Positions 18,298 to 32,100 of a stretch of 40,628 nucleotides of DNA are shown here, piece after piece. The stretch is from Octopus bimaculoides (taxonomy: Eukaryota), in contig NC_069005.1 of NCBI RefSeq assembly GCF_001194135.2, forward strand, positions 14,536,095 to 14,576,722, read 5' to 3'. A program made the translations under genes and the position numbers. The notes under the pieces are model-generated. The model was not told the DNA's origin, searched no databases, and saw only the letters and a program-made list of their open reading frames with translations. Position 1 is the first letter of the stretch. Each line of letters starts with the position of its first letter.

Positions 18298-20687
18298 CAA
18301 TATCGGAATGTTATTGCTTTCATTATTTTACTGATAACTTTAAAAAATAATTTTTTCACTCTTGGAAATTTGCTGTAGATTTTAGTAAGCTATATTCCAA
18401 TCAAAAAAAAAATTTTTTTTTCGATTTCAAGAAGTCCAGAACACGAGTCCTTAAATTCAGCAACAACATTGTAAATGAAAAAAAAGTTAAACGGTAGTTA
18501 TGATAATTAAAACAATAAAAAAAAACGTTAAAATTATTAATAATATATCTAATAAATAAATAAGCTGGAACCATAGAAAATCAATGCTGTTTTCTTATTT
18601 TGTTAATTTCATACGAGTTGGCGGATGTGACTCAATAATTCGCTGAGGAGATTTGACTTCTCTCGCAAAATCTAAAAGCGCCGAGAAAGATATATTCGTC
18701 CAAATGACTGAAAGGTAATGTTATAATGGTCTCTGTTGCAGAAAGATAAGGTAAACAAGACGGAGACATTGGTAGAAAGGGCAAAATCAGATGAGTTGTC
18801 TGAACCGACATATGATCGAAAGCGTTCTATACATAACAATCCCTGTTTTAGTTTATTGAGAATTAAATTATCAAATGTGACTATTTCTTTTGAAATGGTC
18901 AAATTATAAAGCTTATATTAGTGTGGTTTCTGGCTAGGATTGTAAAACACACCCAAGAACGCTTCCTGTAGCCATTTTGATTAACGAACGGTCGGGAGAA
19001 AAAAAAAGGGCAATAGAATTTATATATTAAAAAAAAAATTATTTATTTGTTCAGAACTTTATTGATTGTAGTACAGGTATTTTTACCCACATTGACATAA
19101 TAATATCAAAGCGAAATTTTAATTTAAAAAATGCCTTATTTTCAGTGGCGCAGACAGATAACAGACGTCTGCCTTCATTCAATTGAACGGTTACTGAATA
19201 AGTAGAGTAAAAAGTTTCCACTCGAAAATTCATGGAAAATAAGAACAAAAGCAAAGTGTCCGGTAAACGTATATTTTCATTGTTGTTTAATCGACCTTGA
19301 ACAAACAGACATAAGACTAGAAATATATTCAAGCTATGATCATTACCGACATTTCCCCCCATAAATGCTGTTCTTGTGTGGGGGTCAATTTTTTTGTTTA
19401 AACGGTTCTTTGTTATTCATTGAAGATTTGGATACTTTATCTACTTGCAGGTTGAGCGACCTCATAAAAGTCCCCCTAAATGGCTCGCGTAAATTTTCCT
19501 ACAATGTTTATGGCGTTATTTCACTTATTTGTCGTGTATATCTCTATGTACACAACGTACAAAGTGGAAGAAGAAACGACACCATTGCAAACGGCTTTCC
19601 AGATATTTTAATATCGTTCGTAGATTATGGTGGAAATTTATTGATACGTAAAGGGATGGAAATAAAGCAATTATTTCAACTGAGATCACGTATGCAGATA
19701 TTGTACATACTAGCATTGCTCAGGCTGAGAAGTAACTGTTAATGGCTTAGAATTATTCTTGATGAAGATATATTCACTGGAATAGAATGATAATATTGGA
19801 TTTCTCAAGAAATCCAATAAGAATCTGTGAGATTATAAAAATGAGATTGTTTCCCAGTCTGGTGTTCCATGCATTTTGCTACATGCGCATACACACTCAA
19901 TGTAAATAGTATATTAATAATTTTAATTGTGTAAATGAAATATAATTCAAACTTTAAATAAGGACATAAGATTAAGTAAATGTAAGAACAGTTTTATTTT
20001 ATTTGGAACTTTTCTTCTTGAAAATTATTTCTTGAAAATTATTTCATAGAAGCATCATTTTTCTAATGTGCGAAAAATGGAATGCTCAGAGGATGACCTC
20101 ACATTCAAATATTGGAGCCTCAATACTTGAAGTGGTAAAGAAATGATATTAAATTGCAATGAGCCTTGGCTTATTCAATATTATATATTAGAATCTGTAT
20201 GTGAAGGATCAGATCAACTAGAAGCCTCATTATCATAATTGTCAGTGCCATTAGATCTGTACCTACCATAATCTTGGTATGTCTGAACTTCAGAGTTCAT
20301 AATTTTTTTTTTTACCAGCAGGGGCTTAATAAAGAAATTACGGAGACTCCCAACTCTTGAACACCCCACATAAAATAATCAGAGAGTAAGCAGTATTTCT
20401 CAGGATGTCCAGTAACGTCAGTGTTTGTCCCTGAGATTTATGGACATAGCAAAGCTTAAATGTTCTGGAAAGTGAATTCTTTTTAAACTAAACGGGCACC
20501 TCTGTTGAAAGAAGTAAAATTCTATGTATAATTACATCCTCTCCTTTGTTGCACCCTGTTAGAATAGTCTCATTGACAAGTGGCAGAAACCTCTTAACCA
20601 TTAGTCTTGTGCCATTGGATAGTCACTGCTGCTATAAATTACACTAGAACTTTTTTTTTTCTTTAAGCAGAAGTTAATCGGTGACCC

Positions 20688-20967
20688 TGCCAGTGCAGGT
20701 GCCACTTAAAAAGCATCCAGTCCACACTGCAAAGTGGTTAGCATTTGGAAGGGCATCCAACTGTAAAAACTGTCCCATAACTGACCTTGCCTGTGCTGGT
20801 GCTACATAAAAAGACTCGGCCCACACTGCAGAGGAATGGCATCCAACCATAAAAAAACCATCCCAAAACAGACAAAGAAGTATGATTAAGGTTTCTGCCT
20901 GGCTGGCTCCTATCAAACCATCCAACCCATGCCAGCATGGAAGGAGGACATTAAACAATGATGATGT
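20688..20967 (+). mobile_element. SINE-like family A copy
   Basis: GGAAGGGCATCCAACTGTAAAAAC...CCAACCCATGCCAGCATGGAAGGAGGACATTAAACAATGATGAT. Confidence 0.75.
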
Positions 20968-23479
20968 GTTGGTAGACCTAAAGACTAATGATAACTAATG
21001 TATTTTAAAATTCTGCAAGATAGTAAGCTGTTTCTTTGTGATCCACAACAGTCTATTGATTTGGTGCTATGACTATTTCCTAAAAGTGTCTGCAACAGCT
21101 ACCAGTTGGTACTGTTAACCCATTTTTTATTATTTTTTTATACAACAGCTTGCATGTTACTTAAAGATGTTACAAGTTAAGGAACACTTTTGATATCAAT
21201 TTGTTTATTGTCTTAACCATTATACTTACAGGACCTGGGTCCATAGTACCATTACTGTCAGAAGGAAGTCTTCCCTCGCTGAATTCATTGGCTTTCACGT
21301 TTATTGACAGCTTAGAGAGATGTTGACTTTAATCCAAAATGATCACTATTTAAGACAAGCACGAATTTCATATTGCTTTTGTTCTCTTATATGAGATCTG
21401 CTGTCACTCAAGTTCTACATTGTTCTTCCCAAGGGCTTTAGAGCTCTTTATGCATTCATCCCAGACAGTCATTTGATATCTCTTTAGAACCTATCCAGTT
21501 TTTAACACATGGAGAAGTAGCCAGTTTGATGGTATCAGGTTACATGGATTTGCACAAGTATGGCTGCTGTAATCTCTCTACAGGATTATACCCTGCCATT
21601 GTTCATGGACCTTGTTTGTGTCCAAGTTCAAGAGGAACTCGACAGATGAATGTACTGTTATAGCCTGCTGGAAGGAGTCTGGTTGCAACATCTGAAGAAA
21701 CAACTGCAATAGCTATAGCTTTAAGTTGATGGACTGCCCAAGAGTGTCTTTCTAGTTTCACCAGGAACATCAGTCAGTCACTCAATCAAGTCAAGTGACT
21801 TGCCTGTACCAATGTAATTCTTCTTCACCAGGTGTCCTGAATCAAGTGGTGTGACATGAATGCCTGGCCTGGATTTGAGTCACCTTGGTCTTTCACTGAC
21901 TGAAATTGCTCATCCCTGCACACCATGACCACAGGTTACTTTAAATTCATAGGATGCAGAAATGGTGAACTATTTCAGCATAGGAATTTATTGAGTCAAT
22001 GACGAATATCACTAGATGTTGAGTGGACAATCAACAAACTGTCAACAGCCAGGGTCAACCAGGAGCATCAAGAAATCAAATTCCTGCCTCTTGTTGACAA
22101 ACAATATAGGAAATAATAGAAAAGATTACCATTTTGGTTCATTATCATTAACATATGTTATTAATGTGTTAATATATGATGCCTTTCTAAATTTCTGTTG
22201 CTAAATCATTGACTTCAGTATGGTCAGGTTGAGGGAGGCTCTATGTTTGAAGTTCTTGGCCATTTATATCCTTAAGCTTGTCAATGATGGCTGCATGTAT
22301 GGAAAATCACAGATTTCATGTGTGTATTTCCATACCAAGGTTCATTTGTTGAGCATGGTGCTTAAAATTTTTGCAAGTCCATCATGATACTTGAACCAGA
22401 GCTGAAAGGCTTGGATGCTTCACAGCATTTCAACAGCATGGCGGAAAGAACCCTAAGACTCTTGCCTGTTTTTGTAATGCATATGTTTCTGGCAATGCTG
22501 CTTCCCACTGGGCATTATTATTCTTTAGCAATCCAAATACAAAGTATGTCTCTATGTAGGTGGGTGCAAACTTCACCCTTAACAATTCAGAGATATTGAA
22601 ATGAACTTGAACCTTGCACTTTATGGTGCGGAGTCATAGAAAACGTTCATGTTGATTGGGGTGTACAGGATACCTGCTTTCAGAGACTCTGTCAAAACTC
22701 ATGTTGGGTTGCAACAGGGACACCTTGCTTCCTTTCTTTCCATTGCTTGTTGTTCAATGTATAAACTGGACCGACCATGATTGTACAGTAACGCTTTGTA
22801 AAGGTATCGTATTGACACAGCTTAAAAATAGCTGAAAGTGTTGTGTCCCTTGGACTTTCTGCTTGCTGCGCAGCAGTTATTTGGGTGGAATAAACCTATT
22901 AATCATTTCCCAGGTGAACCAGCAAAATGTTGTGTACTGGAGTATCTTATAATTCTGCTTGTTTCTCCGTTACTTAGCCTGTCCGTAATGCTTTATGATT
23001 AGTTGAAGGTGGAGGGAGAGGTGGTGGTGAATGAAATGTGTATTTTTTTAACTAATTTTTTTTTTACTCCATTACTTAGCCCATCTGTAACACTTTCATG
23101 TGATTAGTTGAAGAGAAAGGCGAAGAGCAAGAGAAAAAGAGGGAGACTGCTATGTATTAAGTCTATAAAATTGTGTATGAAGTGCATTAAGTAATCATCG
23201 TATTCCAATTTCCTTCACTTTTCAATGAGTAGCAGATGAGCGACTATCTTTCCATACAGATACAAGAGAGGCTACGCTTTCAGGTCTTTTGGATAATGTT
23301 TTCAGAAATAACCCAATAAGGTTACCATTAATTCTGTGAATATTCACAGGTCCCACTAATCTTTATGAATGTGGGAATATAAAAACAAAAGCAAGAAAAT
23401 CTCATCGCTGTTCTGATGCAACGTAATATATTTGATACGTTTTGTTGAATTACAGAATTTAAAATTGATGTATGCATAT

Positions 23480-23696
23480 CCCCTTTCGCATTCAGATTAC
23501 TCTGTCAAATGTATTACTTATTTATTCACATTGTTTTGCATTAATCAAACACTGTCTCGTAGCTTTAAAATTTCAATGATGTGGTTGGTTGTTTATTTTT
23601 AGAATGACATTGTTTGGTATGCGTGAGAAACTGGATCTGGCTGATTTGAATATAAACATTTGGGTCGAATATTGCTGGTTTAAATGCTAAAAGGTC
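23480..23696 (-). mobile_element. ~220-bp MITE family with TTAACCC/GGTTAA-type ends (piggyBac-like)
   Basis: Homologous to 28678-28897 and 38638-39027 (CTAAAAATAAACAA..ACATCATTGAAAT, CATTTGACAGAGTAATCTGAATG). Confidence 0.7.
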
Positions 23697-24541
23697 AGGA
23701 GTGAGCAGTAAATTACATACTACCCATCAAGGTTTGGAAATTTGGTTGTTGTCTTCTGTTAAGAAGGATAGCCATCGTCATCTTTTTGAGGTTTCTTTAA
23801 CAAATAGTTTTGGAGAACATTTCATGAATTTGTTGTCTTCCATGCAAGGTGAATTCCTGTTGAGGATATCTCAGGGTTCACAAACAATAGGGAAGGTCAT
23901 ATCAGCAGATCCAATGCTCTGCTGATATGATGAAATTCCATTTGTTAACCAGATGGAAATGTGTGCATGTTGCAAGTCCTGTTTTTGCTAATCTCTTATC
24001 TAGATGTGACACCTACCAGTCTAGAAATTTGGCTATTAGTAATCAAATGCATTTTGCTCAGTTTTAAGTGAAAAATTCTAGCGGTGAATGGCTGATTGGC
24101 CATGGACAAAGAAATCTTCTTGAATTTCTTTCCATTTGGAGTTGCAGGTAAAAGTAATGAGTTCTGAGATTCTAAAACAGCAAATGTGTCATTGCATCTT
24201 CTTGTGTTTGTTCATGGATGCATTGAGAACTGATGCCAAGCTGCATCATTATTGATTCAAATGTTTGGAGTTAGACACGAGAGAATTTAAAAGAAATTTC
24301 AAGTAATTTCTAGGTGATAATATTTATATGTTCATTGGTTAGTTCAGTTCACATTGTTATTTTAACTATTTAGCAACATTAGTCCTTTGCATGCAGACAA
24401 GATGTCAGTGTTACTTGGTATTCTGTAGGATATGAGATTTCAACATCTATTTCATGCCCAGCATGATAGAACAGACAGGATACTGGTGTCAGATAGTTGG
24501 CATTCTTTAGAGTATGACATTTCAGCAATAACAATTACCAC

Positions 24542-27500
24542 CAGTGACATAACTAGGGTAAACTGCACCCGGGGCAAGCCACAAAAATGCACTCCCCCCA
24601 ATTACAAAATCCATATTATACAGTACCTATTTGTTGCAAGTAATTAATGTTTTAAAGCAGCATTTTAGGAAGAAATACTTTACGAGGGTTCATTTAGCTG
24701 CCAGTTTGGTGCAGTTTGTAATTCAAAATATATTTTTTTAATGTTTACTTTTACGAAACCTCTTTATTTTAACTTTTAATGCACCAGCCTCCCCCATTGA
24801 AATATTAAAAAAACTCTAATGTGTGAAATGAGATGTAATAAAAAAAAAAGTACAATTGTTTCAAGTCTCATCTTTCTTGCTTGTGATGAGGCGAATTGAT
24901 CGATTATATCTTCAAAATCAGTTTCATTTGTCTCTTCACTTTCAGTGCTCAGAAGAGCAAGGTCATGCATGCGGTCCTGCAACATTGATGTCCACAAATA
25001 AGATAGGATTAACTGCATCTTGCTGAACAATCGTTCGCAGCTTGCAGTTGATACCACTATTGTGAGCAGTATCTGAAGGCCAATGCACAAATTCAGAAAA
25101 ACATTATTCTCCATCTCAAACAATGAATTCCAGGAGTTTTTTCTGGTCTCGTTATCGCAGATTTTGTTCGAATAGAGAGCAACGTCTGGCAATCCATTAT
25201 TTCCTCAAAAAGTTGTTTACCGTCAATGTCGCCACAGTAATGAGAAACTAATAAATCACATTTTGATCGAAGGCCAACTTTGTCAGGATGTGTTGGATAG
25301 CAAAGAGAGTGAATATCAAGGAAGAACCCGAACTTGGCATCGATATTGTTAAGACGGACGAATCTTTCTTCCATTTTTGGTTGAAGATGGTGAAGAACAG
25401 CGTTCATAATGGTGTCCATCTCATTGGTTGATGCTGGCTTTTCATCTTCGTCATCATCAAGAGGTAGTCTTTTTTGTCTCCCTTAATGCTTTTTGATTTC
25501 TACGTTCCACTTCTGACAAATCTAGTGATTGGTGGGTAATAGTACAGCCATCTTTTAAAAAGCTGCTGTTGAAGGGCTTTGAGATCTTCTGCAGCATCTT
25601 GGAAATTCATTTCAGAATCTTGCAACCGTTGCTGAATGCGATCAATGTGAGCGAGAACCCTGTTCCAAAATTCAATCAATGCCAAAAAATTAAGCACTAA
25701 CATTCACTTAACAAGATTGACGGTATCACAACACCTATCAGCTGTCTCATCATCATTATCCATCAAATGTTCGAGGAGATGGAGAAATGTTAAAAAATGA
25801 AATGACAGCTATATCACCTTTTGCTACATTCAAACCAATAAGATTCTGTGAATGATTGTCACAATTCACGAACAAAACTTGACTGTTCAATTCTTTGATT
25901 TTGTGTTGAACACCGCTTATATTCCCAGCCATAACTGCAACTTACAGTCAGTCAACGCTAAGCCATCGTTATCTAACTCATTCAAAATTACTTTAACCAA
26001 ACTGGCTAATTTGGAAGAAGCCTAGGAACAACTCCTGAACACAAACTGTCTTTTTTTTTTTAAATCAATGTCAACATATTGCACAACTCGTGACATTTGT
26101 TCTCTATGAGCTTGATCAGGAGCTGTGTTGATCATCAAAGCGTAGTAATGTGCTTTTCGAATGCGTCAAAGCAGACTGTTTTTTACACTGGCACCTAAGA
26201 TATGGATAAATTTATTTTGAATGGATGCTGAAAGATAAGATGTAGATCCAGGTTGGCTTTCTACCTGATTGAGAAATTCTCTTGTGATGGGGTCAAATGT
26301 GGCCAAAAGTTTTAACAACCTGATGAAATTTACCAAGATTTGACTCCTCTTTTAACTGAAATGACTCCCTGTGTCCTTGCAATGTGAGGACAAAGAAATT
26401 TGATTCAGTAAAGAACTCGTCAAGATACTACAAGATACTACGCCATCTCTGTCTTTCACCTTCAGTTACTGATTGTAGCTTAGCATTGATTAGTCCCTTC
26501 TTCTCAAAGTTTCTCTCAAAATCTTTCCACAATGATTTGGCAAATTCTCATGGAGAGGTATTCTTTCCGGTTCCTTTCCGTTGGTAGAATCCACATTCTT
26601 TTTCTAATGAGAACTGCAGATTGGACCGCAAAGAGAGCAGACAGTAGATGCAATATGCCGCCTTCTTAGAGGGTGAGTAAAGGAGCCATGAGCGCAGTAT
26701 TTCCTCACTGCTGCCATTTCCTGCCTTTCTCCTGAACCATGTCTTGTTCGTTGGTAAGAAAGGACTGTCCGAATTCTGAATGAATTTTTACTCTTTAACT
26801 CTTTTACTTGTTTCAGTCATTTGACTGTGGCCATACTGGAGCATCGCCTTTAGTCGAGTAAATCGACCCCAGGACTTATTCTTTGTAAGCCTAGTACTTA
26901 TTCTATTGGTCTCTTTTCCCAAACCGCTAAGTTACAGGGATGTAAACACACCAGCATCAGTTGTCAAGCGATGTTGGGGCGACAAACATATACACACATA
27001 CATACATACATACATATACACGACAGGCTTCTTTCTGTCTACTAAATCCACTCACAAGGCATTGGTTGGCCCAAGGCTATAGTAGAAGACACTTGCCCAA
27101 GATGCCACACAGTGGGAATGAACCCGGAACCATGTGGTTCGTAAGCAAGCTACTTACCACACAGCCACTCCTACGCCCATGTGAAGGCACACTTCATGTT
27201 CTTGTGACAAACAAGTCATAAATGTTGTACAGAGAAAAGAGTAAACCTTAATGTAGTCATAATTAGAAGTAGAAAACAAATTACTCTGCTTTAAGAATCA
27301 CATTGTAGAACCCAGTTGAACTGTTCTACTGCTTGTAGTATTGTTTTGTTGAAGTACCCCAAATATCCAAGGATAGAAATGGGACAACCACTTTTGAATG
27401 ATCTTATTAGCAGTCACACATCCGCTCGGGTAGGACATCGAAGTGTTTATTGATAACATAACAAACCATTTACAGTATGTACACTGGAAGTTGAAGCTAT

Positions 27501-27947
27501 GCGGAAATGGAAAATCGATTAACACTGATAAGATCAGAATGAACTATTTTTAGAACCACAAAGAATGATTAACAGTTAAATGAATAAACAACAGTTAAGT
27601 AAATTTAACATAGAATGTTTACCACCACACTTAATTTTATACCCTTAGTTGTGCAGTAGGCAAGGCGAAAATATGTGGGTTTCACTCAATTGAGCCTCAA
27701 GTCTTTTTTGACACCCTTTGTAAAAATGTCCCGACATGAATGTAGACAGCCATCATATTGTCTTTACCTTTTAATAACAGCATAAAACAATAAACTGGAG
27801 ATCCATCTTTACAACTGCAATTTTATAAGTGGAATTCAAGCTTATTGTATTATGGTCAATTCTGTGCCCCTACCCCACTTCAATTGGCGCTTGGGGCACA
27901 TGCCCCTCTTGCATTTTTGCGTAATTCAGATGACAGTTTATTCACTG
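24542..27947 (-). mobile_element. Decayed hAT transposon (ZMYM1-like/TTF zinc-finger type transposase pseudogene at ~24850-26770)
   Basis: RSWLLYSPSKKAAYCIYCLLF (~26690-26630), GNISGVQ..FVNCDNHS (CxxH, ~25930-25850), dimerisation domain LLTIVVSTASCERLFSKMQLILSYLWTSMLQDRMHDLALLS. Putative ends CAGTGACATAACTAG / (rc) CAGTGAATAAACTG; no TSD seen, so boundaries are uncertain. Confidence 0.8.
26786..27178 (-). mobile_element. Near full-length tRNA-derived SINE family C inserted in the hAT relic
   Basis: CAGTCATTTGACTGTGGCCATACTGGAGC...AAATCGACCCCAGGACTTATTCTTTGTAAGCC...GAACCCGGAACCATGTGGTT...CCACACAGCCACTCCTACGCC. Confidence 0.85.
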
Positions 27948-27979
27948 CACCCTGTATATATACACACACATATATATGC

Positions 27980-28340
27980 ATGCATGCACAACCATGGCTA
28001 AGAAGCTTGCTTCAACCATGTGGGCTTGGGTTCAGTCCCACTGTGTGGAACTTGAATAAGTGTCTTCTATTATTGGCTGACCAAAGCCACGTGAATAGAT
28101 TTGGTAGATAGAAACTGAAATAAGCCTGCTGAGTCCATCACTACTGCTTGACAACCAGTGTTAGTGTATTTATGCCCCTGTAATTTAGTGGTTCAGAAAA
28201 AAACCAATAGAATTAGTACCATGCTTAAAAAAAGAAAAATAAGTATTTGGGTCAATTGATTCAACTAAAGATCCTTCAAGGCAGTGCCCCAGCATGACCA
28301 CAGTCTAATGACTGAAACAAGTAAAAAAGATAAAAAGATA
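27980..28340 (+). mobile_element. SINE family C copy
   Basis: AAGAAGCTTGCTTC...GGGTTCAGTCCCACTG...GGCAGTGCCCCAGCATGACCACAGTCTAATGACTGAAACAAGTAAAA. Confidence 0.75.
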
Positions 28341-28677
28341 CTAATTCACAATCCTAGAAATAAGTTTAACCCTTTTGATACTAGCCCCACCCTAAATAAC
28401 TGTCTGTGGTCCTGTGATAACAAAATCCCTGTTTTAAAGTGATCTAAGTTCAAATCTTCCATCAAAATTTGAACACCTGCTTTCTAATTTTTTATCATTT
28501 AGGCACAATGCCAGCAGTTCTGAAGGAAAGGGGTTAACAGATCCCATCGATCCAAGTGCTTGACTAGGTACTTTGTTTTATCATCCGCAGAGAGATAAGC
28601 ATAAAGTTAACCTTGATAGGATATGGCCTCAGAATATAAAAAGAGGCTGACACTCTTATGATTCTACCAGTCCATCA

Positions 28678-28897
28678 CCCTTAAGCATTGAAACCGACCA
28701 TCTCCTACTAAAATATTCTACTAGTTTTATTGTTCAAACTGGCCTGATTGAGCTTTTCACGCCTGCCCTACAATCTCATCCTAAAAATAAACAGTCACAT
28801 CATTGAAATTTCAGAGCTATGAGATAATGCACAGTTGATTCAAAAATATTAAATAAGCATTGCACTTGATAGAGTATTCTGAATGTTAAAGAGTTAA
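28678..28897 (+). mobile_element. TTAA-type MITE copy
   Basis: CCCTTAAGCATTGAAACCGACC...CTGAATGTTAAAGAGTTAA; homologous to 23480-23696. Confidence 0.7.
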
Positions 28898-29118
28898 TGA
28901 TGTCAATTACTTTACTAAATTCTTCATTCTTTTCAAAATTAATTGAAACAAAGTGTACCTCATCAGAAATGTAATTAAGTGTTGTTTCAACTCTCTTTTC
29001 TTCTCCATAATAGTTATCCTATGTTTGCAGTAATTTGCTTCTTTGATCAGTAAACATTTCCACAGTTTTATTTCATTATTTTCCTTTTTCTGTATATTTA
29101 CAGTTGAAGACTTTTACA

Positions 29119-32100
29119 ATGGAAGATGTAAAGAGAAGCAATATTATGGAAGACAGTGGAAATTTTTCAAATTCCCTCTTATCGGTTATCAACAAGAACG
29201 CCGTAAATGATACAGGCAATGCAGCTAATTCACCAAAGATTCCTGTTATTGTGGTCCCTGACTCCAAAGATACAGAAGATTCAGTGCCAAAGCATCACCT
29301 CAAATTCCGAATGAGAATAAACAACAGTAATGAGGCTCTGTTTGTAATTCTTCCAAACAGCATTATTTGTTTGATATGTTATAAGAAATTCCTGCATATA
29401 TCATTGTTAAAAAGCCACATCTTGTGGCATCTTCATCGTGACGATGTTCCCAGCAATAATTTATGTCATTCTTGTAAATCTAATGCTGATATCTCTGACT
29501 GTCCATCATTCAAGTTGATTAAGAAGATCATGAGAAATTTCTTATTATCAACAATAAAAAAGCGACAATCTTTGAAAAATAATTCCCGGAGCTGTGGAGA
29601 TGATCCAAATAACGACAGAGTGATGATTACAGAAGACACGTTTACTATAGAAAATGCAACAACAGAAACATCAAGTAACAATTCCCATTTGGATAACAAT
29701 AATTCACTAATTCCTTCTAATACTGACAATAACAATAAACCAAAGGACTTGAAAGACTACAAAGGAAACTCCATCCAAGATGATTTATTTATAGAAAAGG
29801 CTGTAACTTCTGACCAAAAGAAAAGAAAAAAAATTTATGAAAGTTCAGCTGTCAGTGTTAAGAGTTGTGTAGAACCTGTAATAGATTCAAGTGAATTTAT
29901 GCTTGTAAATGGACAATACAAATGTTTAAGTTGTTCAAAAGATTACACTCAAAACACAATCAGTAATCATATAATGTGGCATTTTCACAAAGGTGTTGAC
30001 TTGTGCTCTAAGCTGCACTACACAAGTTTCAGTTCTGGTGACACAATCTGTCCATTAGTAGTTCAGATTATAAACTATTTAGTATCTAAGGAAGGAAAAC
30101 CAATACAAGTGAACTGGGGTAAGAATAATGCTGGGAAAATAATTTTCAAAGTCATGTTGATGAAAACTGGATTGAATGCAGATACAGTTGTTGATAATTC
30201 TATTAGTCTGACAGAAAAAAACAATGTATCCAGTTTTCAGAGTGATAATGCCACTCCACCAGTTGCCGAGTACACCATAAATGAACCATTAGTCCAGGAC
30301 CATTCTGATGGCAGCGACACACAAAACTTAACTTGCAACTCTAAAGCTGGCTCTAGTCATCCAACAGATAAAAATTTGATAAGTGAATGTTCAAATGACA
30401 CTCTTGCAGCGTGTGATAAATCAGATGAAAGTTTACCATTAGAGAACGACAACCAGCCAGTACGTAAAGCAAAGACAGAAGTAACAACAGCAGGCACTGG
30501 TGGAAATGATTTACATGTTCATCCAGTTAAGAAATCAGATTCTTCTGCTGATGTCTGGAGTTTTTATAAATGTATGGTAACAGGCTGCAACTATTCCACT
30601 TTATTTCCTGATAATTATTTGAAACATCTGAAACGACTACATGAAAATATGCACTTTTACCAATGTACCCATTGCGACTTTACAGCTGACACTTATAGTC
30701 TTATAGTAAAACATCTGAAAATTCATACTCACCCAACAGAATTTCTATATCCTTGTGGTTCCAGTGATTGTAGCTATTACACAAGGGTTCTGAGCCTGTT
30801 ACCCAAACATTTTACTTCAAGTCACATCAACTGTAAAAAAGTCGTCTGCAAGCACTGTGCTACTGAATTCCCAGACCTTAATCAGTTATTGGAACACTAC
30901 CATTGTAATCTCCTGAAGTCAGTTAAATGCTCTTACTGTCCTGCACGAGACACTGTCCGTCAACATATCCTTCACCATCTCTCTTTATCACATCCAGGGA
31001 AGCCGCGACAAATTATTGTCAGCAGCCAACTTGTATGCAGTACCAAGAAACAAGTATTTGAGCATTTAAAACTACTGACAGAGAGTACAGTCAAAGTTAT
31101 GAAGGAAACCCTAATATCAGAACAAGAAGAAACTGCAGGTTTTAAGACAAGCTGCTTGAATAATGACAGTACAGATGATGGAAGTCATAGTGCTTCTGAA
31201 AAATATGTAAATGGTTTGATAAATCCAAAAAATCATACAGAAGAACAGTGTAAGACTGAGGATTGCTCTAATGAACAGAGTGAAACTTATGGTTGTTCTA
31301 GTAAACAGGGTGAGGCTAATGATTGTGCTAGTGAACAGTGTAATGGTTTGAGTGATTTTAAACAGGCACGAGAACAAAAAGGTGTTAAAATGAAGCAGCT
31401 GGGAAAACAAAAGAACAGAGTAAAGATCAAATTAAAAAATTCTTCTCAAGATATCTCATCAATAGAAGGGTTTAATTGGGGTGAACAGATGCACAATAAT
31501 ACTATCTCAGTCTCTAATTTTATTAATTTTGATATAGCTGGAAAAGAACTTGATGCTTGCTTGAAAATTTGCTACAAATTTATGGATCAGAATTTAAAGT
31601 GCAACCTTTGCTTCCAAACTAGAAAGTCGAAACAGGAGATTCATCTTCACATTCTGCAGTATCACTTCCATTGGTATCTCTGGCAGTGTTTTAAATGTAA
31701 AACAAATACGTATTCACTTGAAGAAATGCATTGGCATTATCAGCACAAACATCAAGGCTGGATTATTTGTGTCAAATTTCTTTCCTTACCACAGCTGGCA
31801 AAAGGTTCTGATGGCAAACTTTGCCTTCAGAAAGAACAAAAGATTGTTTCAGTGAAATCTCAGAAATCAAGGAGGACTGAACTGTACAAACAGATTCAAC
31901 AGCAATGTGTATATGAAATGGTGGCTTCAAGAAAGTCTAAGAGGAAGGAAGAAACAACCAATAATAAGCAGAGAAACAAAAAACTGTTTATATTTCTAAG
32001 CGACTCTCAGCCGTTGGATGAAGCGGAGAAAATTCCAGATAATGATGAAAGTACTAATAATCTTCGAAAAGGTGGATTTGAATCTGAAACAAATAACAAA

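Noticed and set aside
19051-19742. ORFs of 103 aa (-) and 125 aa (+)
   Set aside because: No recognisable domain or clear exon structure; may be 5' UTR or chance.
21300-22900. Possible highly decayed BEL/Pao-like pol remnant on the minus strand
   Set aside because: Only scattered weak motif resemblances across many stops and frameshifts; needs a profile search (TBLASTN/HMM against BEL pol) before calling.
22965-23115. Degenerate ~100-bp tandem duplication (CTCC[G/A]TTACTTAGCC...GATTAGTTGAAG twice)
   Set aside because: Two diverged units only; a common local duplication with no sign of function.
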